Assembly: GCF_009914755.1 (NCBI RefSeq)
Contig: NC_060929.1
Length of the DNA stretch: 64,000 bases
Strand: one strand, 5' to 3'
Origin: the human T2T-CHM13v2.0 reference genome, Homo sapiens
This document shows, one piece after another, positions 29,439 through 41,006 of this stretch. Made by a program: the position numbers and the translations under genes. The first letter of the stretch is position 1. Every line of letters starts with the position of its first letter. The notes below the pieces were generated by a model. That model worked only from the letters and a program-made list of their open reading frames with translations. It did not search any database and was not told the origin of the DNA.

Positions 29439-29811
29439 TGTCATGGGGTCACTGTGTCTCCCAAATGCATATGTTGACGTCCTAACTCCCAGCGCCCCCA
29501 AGGTGGCTGCATTTCTACATAGAAACTTTAAAGAGATGATTAAGGTAAAATGAGGTCATTGGGGTGGCCCCGATTTGCTAGGTCTGGTGTCTTAATAAGG
29601 AGACAAGGACACAGACATGTACAGAGGGACGGCCCCGTGAGGACACAGGGAGAGGACACCATCTGCAAGCCCAGAAGAGAGGCCTCGGAAGGAACCGGCC
29701 TGGCCACCCCTTGACCTTGGACACCAGCCTCCAGCACGCTGAGGATGAGCTGCTGTCATTTCAGCTGCCTTGGCTTCGGTGCTTCTCCAGGGCAGCCCTG
29801 CTAACTCATGC
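29439..29811 (+). mobile_element. MaLR solo LTR (MLT1A-like)
   Basis: tgtcatggggtcactgtgtctcccaaatgcatatgttga...gattaaggtaaaatgaggtcatt...ccatctgcaagcccagaagagaggcctc. Confidence 0.85.
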
Positions 29812-31613
29812 TCACGGCTAGTTCTGGGGTTGGCAGATCCTGCGGATACCTGTAGACACAGGCATGTGTTCAGGCTTGAGCTGGGTGGGGTGAGGGGTGA
29901 GCAGCCATAGAAGGAAAAGGCAATCCTCTGGACACACAAACTGTGTTTTCTCTCAAACCCAAACACTCCTACAAGAAGGACAGTCGGTATTAGGATAAAG
30001 GCCTCACCACATCCCCCCTGGTTTTCCTCACAGCAAGCTCGAGATGTGGGAACCGCTGCACCCTCCACATCAGGGAACGGACTGAGGGAGGAGGTGACTG
30101 TCATCCTGGGGCCTCACGTGGCGCAGGGCCGGGGCTGAGCCTCCCGTTGTGGGGACCTGGACCCAGGGCCTCTCTTGGGGTCTAAAACTTTTGAGGCAAA
30201 GGAGATGCAGAGATGCCCATGCCGAGACCCAACAGGCCACAGAGGACTGACTGGTGCTCAGAATTTGATCTCAGAGATCCCGGTGACTCTGGACCTGAGG
30301 TTGCGTGAGATCCCCTCCCCTGTGCCAGGTCTCACTGGTGCAGTCATCGTTTAACTTCTGGGATCTTTACAGTATCAGGAAATAACTACGGAAGATAGTC
30401 TGAATTGTTGGGCAGCAGAAAACCACCAAAGTTAAGTTAAAAACAAAGAAGAAAATCACTCTCAGAAATGCATTGTGAACTCTCCACCATACCCAGTACC
30501 GTCTAACATTTTGGCCTGAATGGTTGATGTTGGTGATTTACAGTCCAAGCACCCATCAGCTGCCAAGGGAGCCCTAGAGGGGACTGCAGTCCCCACGGCC
30601 TGCTTACAAAGCAGGGAAACCGAGGGCCCCACGCGGGGGCTTGGGAACAACCCATGACGGAGCCCCTCCTCCGCGGTCGTCTCTCAGGCCTAGGCCTGCT
30701 GGGCCTGGACTGTTCCCTCTGCTCTGCTTCTCCAAGTCTCCCGCCTCACACCTGCCTCGGCGGGTGCACAGGTGGTCTCAGAGCTGACGTCTGACCACAC
30801 CTCTCCCGGGGGCGTTTCTGTCCCTGCTCACAGGTGCATGAGGATCGGACTCCGCCTCCCATCTTGGTTTCGAGTGAAGTGACGGCTGAGCCAAGAGCTT
30901 GCTTTCAGCTTTAGTATTTCCGCAATGAAAAGACAAGAGAAAGCTCTGTGCTCTCCCAGGGCGTCCGCTGGGTGGGAGCCTGTGGCTCCAGCTGCTCAAA
31001 GACGAGCCTTCAACTTGAAAGTTCTGCAGCCTGGAAATTGGGAGAATGTTCCCTCTGGAAAATTTCCTCTCACCACGTTTTCCTTCCATTTCTTTTGTCT
31101 CCATATAGCAGTCCAGGAAACCGGAGAAAACGGGGCAAAGAAAAATAAAATAAAATGAACCCAACATGCAGGTTCCCAACATTCTTCCTTTAAGCACTAT
31201 TAATGAGAATGAAATGTGATTTTCTTACAGTTTGATTCATTCAATGTGTGTTTCTTGGGCAGTGCTCTGCGCTAGCCCAGGTGCTGAGGTCGGAGAAACA
31301 CTGCAGTTACAGCGGAAGTCGGGGTGACCCCACGGGCTCTTGGTAGCACCTGGCTGAACACACAAGGGAATGATGTTGACGCGGGGACAGGTGACGGCAC
31401 GTGCCCTTGGTGTGATTCTCCCGTTTCTTCCCTTGCCTCCTCTGGTGAACGTAAATCCTACCTAGAACACTAAATATCCAGAAACAGACCCTACCACACT
31501 GTAATCTATTACTCGTGTAGAACAACGCACAGTAGGCCTGTCCTGAAATTCTCTCCAGAATAACCATTACTTGATTAGACATGGAGTCATAAATGGTATT
31601 TTAGCATTCTTTG

Positions 31614-31837
31614 TTTTATTTATTTTTTATTTATTTTTTGAGATGGAGTCTCACTCTCTTGCCCAGGCTGGAGCGCAGTGGCGTGATCTTGGCTCACTGC
31701 AACCTCCGCCTCCCCGGTTCAAGCGATTCGCCTGCCTCGGCCTCCTGAGTAGCTGGGATTACAGGCATGCGCCACCACACCCAGCTAATTTTTGTATTTT
31801 TAGTAGAGACGGGGTTTTGCCATATTGGCCAGGCTAG
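31614..31837 (-). mobile_element. 5'-truncated AluS
   Basis: Right arm plus part of the left arm; TSD TTCTTTGTTTTA on both sides. Confidence 0.92.
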
Positions 31838-31929
31838 GCTTTCTTTGTTTTAATGAAAGAGTTCTGACTCTGGGACCTTGGAGAGGCAAGCCCAGGCCCA
31901 CTCTGTGTCACCACTGGCTGCTCCATTCT

Positions 31930-32560
31930 CCTGCTTGTCATTGATATATGCGGCGTGGAAATAAAGGGAGCGCTGGTAACACAGAGGCGGAGTAAACGCA
32001 CATTAAGGAGCGCCGGCCCGCGTGCCCTTATCTGCATGTGCAGGTCGGCTAGATCCATCACTGCAGGGGCGGCCGGCTCCGGATCTCAGACCCGCCGGAG
32101 GCCGGGAGGGAGGAGCAGAGCGAGGAGGACGCCGCGGACCGCGCGCTGAAATGCAGCCGGTTCCATTTAGAAATTTCTGTTGGGGGCAGGGGCAAAGTAT
32201 CTATAATAATTTTAAGGACATTTCCCAAATGTTTATTTAGATAAAAGATAGATAACGGTCAAGCTCCCGAACCTGCGGCCCGATAACGAGGCTTTATTAA
32301 TGACCTGCCATATGCGAGGGCTGGGTAATTAAAGTTTTTCCCCCAAAGGAAGAGAGTGGACAAATTTATTTGATGGTTTGATAACCAGGGACACTGGTTG
32401 AAAACTATTGATATAATCGGAGCTCATTCGATTTCCTCGCGACAGCCACTCCTATCAGCTAATTTCACCTGTGAATAGTTAATTACCCCGGATGCATATG
32501 GACCGGCCATTAATAACCTGGACTGTCACCGCTCCTTTGTCACCCACGTGTGCCTTTTAT
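31930..32560. promoter_or_regulatory. Candidate developmental enhancer within a CpG-rich region
   Basis: Unique AT-rich sequence that retains CpGs; clustered GATA, FOX (TGTTTATTT) and TAATTA motifs; CpG-rich at 31950-32150, with a CpG-rich flank at 32650-33150. Confidence 0.55.
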
Positions 32561-34069
32561 CTCCTGAATCTCCTTCTTCTTTTTTTTTATTCCTTCCCAT
32601 TCTCTCTCTTAAAACAAATGCTTGGGAAGACAGATGTGAGCTGTAAGATTCCGCGGCTGTGTTAGAGGAGGCGCCGGGGCCTGGGTGCAGAACGAGTCTC
32701 CAAGTGCCGCGTGAGCGAGGGTGGGTGGCTGGAGCTCCCGGGCCAGCCCGGGCGGAGGCGCTGCCTCCAGACCCAGCCTGTGTGCAGAGGGGCTGGCGGA
32801 GCTCGGACGCCGGGCTCGCTGGCCTTTGCCGATGGACCTCGGGTGTGTCCAGGCCGGGCGAGGGCCGGCAGCTCCAGTGAGGCGGGACCTCACTCTATCT
32901 GTGTTGTGCATCCTGTTCGAGTTTCTGGGTCCCGATCTTGAGCAAGCCAACTGACCTCTCTGATGTTGGTTTGCTCAGATGTAACGTGCGGTTGACAGCG
33001 TCTATGCTGGAGCACGTGGCGGCTTAAGAGCAATAGGTGAAAGGGGTATCTCAGAAGACGCCCTCAGGACACGGGGATGCCATAGGCCTCGGGTGGTGGA
33101 GGGTGCCCCGGCTCCGAAGGGCTCCTGAGCCTGGCAGGCTGGCACCCGCGCGTGGGCTGGGGCTCACTCTAGCTGTTCCCTTGGCGCTTTTATGGATGTT
33201 CACAGAGTGGGGTGAACTGCTTCCCCCACATTTTGCTTTTCAGGGCTATGTGTCCTCTGTGACCATGGCTGTCCTGGGATCCAGTGGGATCTCCCTGCTG
33301 GCCCAGCAAGGAGGGTGGGCTCAGAGCAGGCTAAGGTCAGGGGGAAGGGAAGCCTCATTGTGCAGACAGATGCTCTCTGCAGGGGACGCTGCTCACTGGA
33401 GTGTGGAAGATGGCCAGAGATGGGGAGATAGGGTGGGGACAGGAGGTTCCTGAGAGCTGCCCCTCCCAGGGGAGGTGACCACAGAGGGGACTTTGTCATC
33501 AAGGGAGCCCATCTGTGTCCACAGCAGACAGGGCTGGTGCTCCCCAGCAGGCGGGGGTCAGAGGCAGGTAGAATCAGGTAGGAGGCAGGCAGCCCTTCCT
33601 CCAGGACCCTGTGCGATCCGATGGGTCCTGCACTTCCTTCCTTTTTCTCCCTGTTTTCTGCCTGTCTCCCCCAGGGTTGAATTCCCTGAAGCTGAGCAGA
33701 GCTTCCCCTGCCTCGATATCCGCCCACAGCAGGACCACAGGGTTGCAGCAGGTGCGCAAGGAAGGCTGGAAGAATCAATGACCTGTGGAGGAAGTGTTTG
33801 CTCAGTGACTGGCAGGATGGAGCCGCTGACTTTAGGGAGGATGCGGACCATCCAGCCTCGTGGTCGTCCCTTCAGAGACCTCCAAGCCCATTTCTGTGTC
33901 ACCAAGCGGAGGAGTGCTTCATGAGTTTGGATGTTCAATCAAGGACACTTTGGGGCCCCTGGAGGAAGAACAAGGCGGGTAGCGGGCAGCCCAGGGCATC
34001 ATTCTAGTTTTGAAAAGTTCTCTGATGGATTCTAACCCGCAGTCAGAGCCATTGACTTTCTCTAGAGGA

Positions 34070-34265
34070 CAGCACTAATTTTCAAACTCGGTGGCACTTT
34101 GGAATCCCCCCACCCCATCCCCGCCCCGAGAAGCTTTAGAAATACTGACGCCGCTGTCTCACCAGAGGGATTCATGATCAACTGGTCTGGAGTACAACCT
34201 GGGCATGGGGATTGTTAAAAGCTACCCAGGGGACTTGAACTTTGCAGCCCCGGTTGAGACCACTG
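34070..34265. mobile_element. MER5A-like hAT MITE
   Basis: cagcactaattttcaaact...ctggtctggagtacaacctgggcatgggga...gcccc ggttgagaccactg. Confidence 0.7.
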
Positions 34266-34633
34266 AGTATGAGATTCCTATGCAAACTAAGCCTGGACTC
34301 CATCAAGGCTCCAGGGATGCTGGGCGTGGGGCCATGGGCTGGCCTGGCCCAGATCCAGTTCTATAAGGCCACCTGTGTTACTCTAGCCTTGGTCCTTTGA
34401 AAGATGCTTCAGTACCCCCCAAAACCATCCCCTAAGGGCTTTGAGGGGCCAAGGTGGTCCTCAAGGAGGATGAGTGACCCTCAGTTCCTTGCTGGACACC
34501 GCCTCCCTCCCCAGACACACAGATTCCCTGCAGGTAGAAGGAAAGAGGGAAACAAGGGGCTCCACCAAACTCCCCGCATCCCGTCCTGTCAGCCCCACCC
34601 CAGACACATCTCCTCCCATGGCACAGCTGCCAG

Positions 34634-35349
34634 TGAGACCACTTTTGCAAAATTATGACTGAGACAGTGAAAGAGAGCTAACTTAACCAACTCCACCTTG
34701 CTTCTAACCTCCAAGCTCTCCTTGTTCATTCCTGGGCGTAGGCTGAATTAACATGGGGAGAAACTTAGTTTATAGTTTAAACAAAAACAAAAACAGCCCT
34801 TTCCCAAGGTAACCTCCTTCTGGCCTGGGGACTAGATTGCCTTTGTAGGACTAACAGCCACAAGATTAGAAATTATGGTTTAGGAGTCATGCGGCTGGAG
34901 GCTACTAGATTCTGACCCTCCCTAAACTGGTCCTAGGATCAGTGCTTGAGAAATTTTGCAGACCTTGCACTTGATGGATCAGCTGGCATCACCCAGATCG
35001 ATAAACTGGCTCATCTGATCTTGTGGCCCCCACCCAGGAACTGACTGAGCGCAAGAAGACAGCTCCAGGCCCCTGTGAACTGACTGAGCGCAAGAAGACA
35101 GCTCCAGGCCCCTGTGATTTCATCCCTGACTATTCAGCACTCCCAGCTCACTGGCTTCCCCTCATCCACTAAGTTGTCCTTAAAAACTCTGCTCCCCAAA
35201 TGCTCAAGGAGACTGACTTGAGTAGTAATAAAACTCCGTTCTCCTGCACAGCCGGCTCTGTGTGAATTACTTTGTCTATTGCAGTTCCCCGTCTTGATGA
35301 ATCAGCTCTGTCTAGGCAGGGGGCAAGGAGAACCCATTGGGCAGTTACA
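34634..35349 (+). mobile_element. ERV1 solo LTR, LTR8
   Basis: TGAGACCACTTTTGCAAAATTATGACTGAGACAGTGAAAGAG...GGGCAGTTACA; AATAAA near 35227; 4-bp TSD CCAG. Confidence 0.9.
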
Positions 35350-35631
35350 CCAGCACCCTTCGCCAGCTCCCACCAGGCCCAGGCACCCCCCAGGCTGACC
35401 TGGGCCCATCATCCTCTGGCCTTTGGGTGGGCCTGGCCCAAGAGAGGCTCTGCAAGGGTGGGGGCAGGAGGAGCTGCATTGGGTCCTGGTGCCCCTGTGC
35501 TACTGCCAGGCCCTGGGTGGCTGCTTGCCTCCCTGGCCCAGTAGACACCACTGTCTCCTGGTTCCTGCTCTCTCAGAGCCTGCAGGGCTGCCTTCTCCCT
35601 GCCCTGCTGCCTGGGTGAGGCGCCACTGCCC

Positions 35632-36055
35632 ATGACAGCTCATTCTTGCTGCCCAGGAAGACCAGCGCCAGACAAGTGGAGAAGACAGATTTTACCCAGG
35701 GCAGTCACATGAGGGGCGGGGCCCACTGTGGAGCTGGGCTGTGTGGCAAACATGGCAGGACAGTAAGAGACTTGTGGCCAGGGAGCGGGAGTTGGTGGGT
35801 GGGGAGGGACCACCAGGAGACATGGAGCCCCCCTTTTTCTGGCAGAACCAACCTCACAGAATTCCTGCTGACTGGAGGCTGGGGGTCAGGTACTGAGGGT
35901 CAGAGAGAGGAATTTTCCAGACACTGACCGTGGCCAGGTACCAAGGGTGGGGGGTTCTTGCTACACTGACCGAGTGCTAAAACTGGATTGTACAGGGAAG
36001 GAGGCAGATGAGGTTCAGGAGAGCAGCTGCAGTCTGGACCACAGATAATCTATCA
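35632..36055 (-). mobile_element. Old ERV1 LTR (MER31/MER67-like)
   Basis: Minus strand reads tccagttttagcac...gtcagtgtagcaagaaccccccacccttggtacc; TG...CA ends are plausible. Confidence 0.45.
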
Positions 36056-36898
36056 CAGCCCCCCACCCCCAGCCAGCTGCCATGGGACCCTCTCCCTTAA
36101 CCAGCTGAGCACCCCTCCCAGCCTTCATTCCCAGAGAGTCCACTGCCCCTCACCTCCTGCCGCTACCTGCCCATCTCATCCTGCAGCAGCCGGAGGGATG
36201 GTGGGAAACCCAGGCAGGACTCACCACTCCCTCGCTGGGCTCTGCAGGGGCACCCATGGCTCTCAGGACAAATCCAGGTTCCTTGCCTCGGGCACTGGTC
36301 CCATGGCCCTGACCCCTGGCCTCACCACCCTCCCCTCCCCACCCCCCATGGCCTTGACTCCCACTCTGCCCTCCCTTCTCCACCCTCACGGCCTTGACCC
36401 ATGGTGGGGCCACCCTCTCCTTCCCACCTCCCAGGTCCCTGACCCCCACCCGCTTGCCCTCTCCTCCCTGACCCCCAGGGCCCTGGATCCCACCCTCTCG
36501 CCCTCACCTCCCTTACCCTCACTGCCGCCCTCTTAGCCATCTCCTCCCTGCCCTCAGGGGCCCCTCAGCAGCCTGCCCGGTCCGCCCAGCATAGCCACCA
36601 TCCCTTCTGCTCAGGAAGTCTCACCCAAGGCACTCTCTGCAGAGGGCCCCTGCGCCCCTGGAGTGACCCCTCCCCACTCTCCACCACTTCCAAGCCTCAG
36701 GCATCACTGCTGGGGGAGCCTCAGGCTCTCCTGGGACTGAGCTCCCTCATCTTCCTCCTCCCACTAGGACCTGGTTGGGGAATTCCACAGATGTGCCCTC
36801 CATGAATGGGGCTTCCTGAGGACCAGGGTGTTACTGCAGAGGGTGTGGCGTGTGGGGTGGATTAGCAGGATTTGACCCTGTGTTGGGGGCATGGCTGA

Positions 36899-37252
<354 letters not shown>

Positions 37253-38874
37253 TAACCATGGCTGGGAGGCCCTGCCGCCATCTGCTGTCCTGGCTGCGGG
37301 GCAGGCAGGGACCCCAGGAGTGTGGGCAAGAGAAGGGTGTGGGCTGGGGCTGGTGTGATGGGGTGGGGCCCAGGAGGTGCTGCCAGAGGGTTGGGGTGAG
37401 CCCTGTCATTAGCCAGGGACAGTCCCTCTGGGGTGGGGACTCGGGGGCGGGGGTTCCTGGAGGTTCATCATTCCCATAATCAGGAGGTGGCAGAGCCCTG
37501 GCTTTGGGGGTTTGTCCGGACCTGCTGGCCTCCTTCAACAGGCAAGAGACCTGTCTGGGGCCGGCTGGGCTGCCTGGCCCTCACCCGAAAGGGATACAGT
37601 CCTTGCAAGCCCCCATCTGCAAACCTGCAGCCAGAGGCTGGCCACAACGCCCTGTGGTTCTGGTGGGGGCGGGGGAAGGGAAAGGGCCCAGCTCTCAGGG
37701 TTCCCCGTCATGCCGTGCCAGGTCTTGCTGACTCAGGGACTGTGCTGGCCGTGGCATCAGGGAGAAAGGTTGCAGCCGGCAGGGATGAGTGAGGTGGGTG
37801 GATGGGGACCCTGCCCTGGGTGTCATGAGCACCTGCGTCCAGCGAAGCTCAGCAGACATGGGACCCGATCGGGATCCTCGGGCTGAAGCTCTAGCTGTGG
37901 GCTGGGCCCTCTCAGGCAAACCCGTTCAGACAACTGCAGTCTTAAACTCAATTTAATAGCAAAGGGAGGGAAATCCATCCCGGGGGAGGCTCAGCCCTGC
38001 AGCCCCAAGAGGCTGGCGATGTGATGTTTGCTGTGGGAGTGCAGATTCCCAGCCTGTGATTAACTCCAGAGGATGCGCCCGCATCCCGTCCTTGATAAGA
38101 GGATCCCACAGCCAGGGAGTCCTGCACAAAGACACCAGCAGGAAGGCACCGGCAGCTCTTAGAGATGGGGGGCCCAGGGAGGGACAGGAAGAAGCTGGTC
38201 CCATGCTGCCCACGTTGTGACGTTTACCAGGGCATCCTCCAGCCTAACAGCTCTAAGGTTTGGTTCACCATATAAGCAGCTGGCAGGCTGAGCACAACCT
38301 TCCTTAGCCCTGCACTCCTGTGTGTTTGGGCAGGTGGGCTCATAGGTGCCGGAGATGTTTCGGGCAGCATGCTGCGCGTTACACTCACCCTGGCACTGGG
38401 GAGTCGGAGCTGAGCCAGGCGGAGAGCATCCATACAGGGAGGCACAGAACAAGGCAGCAGCGCAGTGCCCGCCGTTCACTCCTGCCTAACAGATGTCCCC
38501 AGGGGCAGCACCTTCAGATGGCAGATGGCAGCCATGTCCTTAGCTCACAACTCTGTGGTCAGCAGCAGGGGTGCCTGGGCTCAACAGGGAGTTCTGCCCA
38601 CCTCCCCATGACCATGTGACCATGTGGCTGTGGCTGAGTTCTCTGTGGGTTGGAACCTGGGCTGGAACAAGCAGCTGATGTGGCTGGTCCAAGGTCTCAC
38701 CCCCAGGCAGTCTCATCCACTCATTCTGGTGGCTTCTGGGGAGGGCTCCAGGACAAGGGGCAGCAATTCCAAGGCCCCCTGAGGCCAGGCTCTGCCCTGA
38801 CATGAAGTCCCTCCCAGGGTGCTCCATTGGTCAAAGCAAGGGCAAAACCAGCTGTGATGCAAGGATTGCTATGC

Positions 38875-39018
38875 AAAGATAAGTACATCCATGCAGCATT
38901 TAGGACATACTTAAAGCACTACATGATTTGTTGTTTATCTGAATTTCACATTTAAGCTGGAGTCCTGTCTTTTGTCATTGTTCTTGTCGGTGTGTTTCTG
39001 CTATGCCTGGCAACCCTA
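38875..39018. mobile_element. MER53 (hAT MITE), partial
   Basis: ggacatactt...ttgttgtttatctgaatttcacattta...gtcctgt...ctggcaacccta terminus. Confidence 0.7.
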
Positions 39019-40980
39019 TTCAAATCACGATTGATCAGAGACAAAGGCTTGGTGCATGGAGAGCTTTTCTCTGAGTCCTGGTCAGCCTTGCCATGGAATA
39101 CTTACCCTGGGATGAGGCTGTGTAGAGGGGGATACACCAGGCTTCCTTGGGAACATATAGCTGACATCTTAAAACCACTTTTAAGAAGGTCAGGGTCCTG
39201 ATAGACAACTCTGGAGCTGGTGGGTATGAAGGAGGGGTGAGCAGCCCTGCAGCCACCCGGCTTCCCCCAGTCTCCTTGTCATGAGCTGCGGTCAATGCAC
39301 AGTTGGTCCCTGGGGCAGGAAAGCAATTGTAGGTCCTGGTCCTGGTGGTGCCCATGCTGACTCTGTGACCCGACCAGGCCCCTCCCTGGGCTTCTGAGTC
39401 TCACACAAAAAGAGAGAAGTCAAATCAGATGCCTTGCACATCCTATGCATCTGCGTAAATTAATTTTCATTTGAGCTGCTATTCAGTGAGACGGAGAGGA
39501 ACTTCTGGGAACTAAACTAGAATCTGATTTCACAGTTATTTTCTTTTACATGTGGATAAAGGAGGTTCTGGCTGCCTTAGTGACTTTTATGACAGTTCCC
39601 ATTCTCGGGATGATGGTCCTCATTCTGCACCTTGCTGTTCTGTTCTATGTAACATCCAGGCTGGGAGGGGAGGGGGCCGGCCCTCCTCCTCTGTCCCAGG
39701 CTCTGCAGTGGGCAACTTGGTTCCGTCCTTACCTCCTCAGCTGGGCATGTGATCTTGGTGCTCTGAGCCTTGTTCTCTGTGCTAAGTATATGGGGTTCAT
39801 TGGAAAAACTGACATCGAAATGGCCTTTCCTTTCTTTTTTAGAAACAAGATTTTCCCACTCTGTATCTGAAGATCTGTCCTTTCCTCTTTTTATTTCTTG
39901 TAGTCATTTGCATCTCTGCAACAAAGTGCATCCCTTGGACTTTCTAGGGTTCCAACAAAGTGTCTGCACAGAGGAAGCCGGTGGGGGAGAAGCGGGTGCC
40001 TCCCTCTGCTGTCCTCATTCTCCAGCAGCCCTTGCCTCCCAGATAAAGAGGCCACTCTGAACATGGGGAGCCTGGCCGTGGCAACCCCAGGGGTGACCCC
40101 ATATCCACTGTGGGCCCAGCCAAGGCCCAAGAGCAAAGGCCCTGCTGGCCCTCAGCTCGGTGAGATCCTGGCAGAGGTGGCAGCTGTGTCTCTACCTGCT
40201 TCTCCAAATTCCTTGAAACAGGGAGACCAGGATGTGCAAAGCTGAGGACCCAAGATGATGGACCACTGGTCCCAGGGACCCCCTAGTGGGGATGATGAGC
40301 GTTAACCGGCCCAGTGCCTTGATGACCCCCCTTCCGCCCGGGAGGAGTCCCAGACAAGGAGCCCCTCAGCACTGAACAGAGACGGCCCAGTACAGCAGGC
40401 AGCAGACTCTGCAGCTCTGGAAAAGTCCTCCCGTGGGCGGCCCTGCCAGGCCCCTCAGGGAAGTGAGCATCCTCACAGTGCCTTGGTGCCCACTCCCTCC
40501 GTGCTGCTTCCTCCTTGCTGCTCCCTCCATGCTGCCCCAGCACCAGCCAGGCCTGGATACCCGCTGCAGTCTCCCCCTTCGGGACAATTTGGAGACCCCT
40601 GCATCCCATCCAGGATCATGTCCCGCTGTGCCTCCTCACCTGACCCTGGGAGGCTGGAGCTCCCTGTGTGCCCTCCCTGTGGTCAGCCTCAGGATCCTGT
40701 CCTCAGACAGCCCAGAGACCCCGAGCCAGCTGCACATGTCTACCCTACAAAGGCGCCTTCTTCCTGTCCCATACCTGGCTCTGCTCCATTTATGAACAAC
40801 TTGTTTTTGAGATCAAATGTCTATTGTTTTCAGAAAATTTAGGGATTAATGTGCTACACAACTCTCTTTTTAAAATTAATAAACTTTATTTTTAGAGCAG
40901 TTTTAGGTTCACAGCAAAATTGAGCAGAAGGTACAGAGTTCCAGGGACCTCCTGCCCCCAGGCAGGCACAGGCTCCCCTC

Positions 40981-41006
40981 TACAGATTTCCCCACTAGAG
41001 GGCGTG
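40981..41006 (+). promoter_or_regulatory. Candidate CTCF site
   Basis: CCACTAGAGGGCG core (40992-41004) with upstream TACAG resembling the CTCF upstream motif. Confidence 0.45.
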
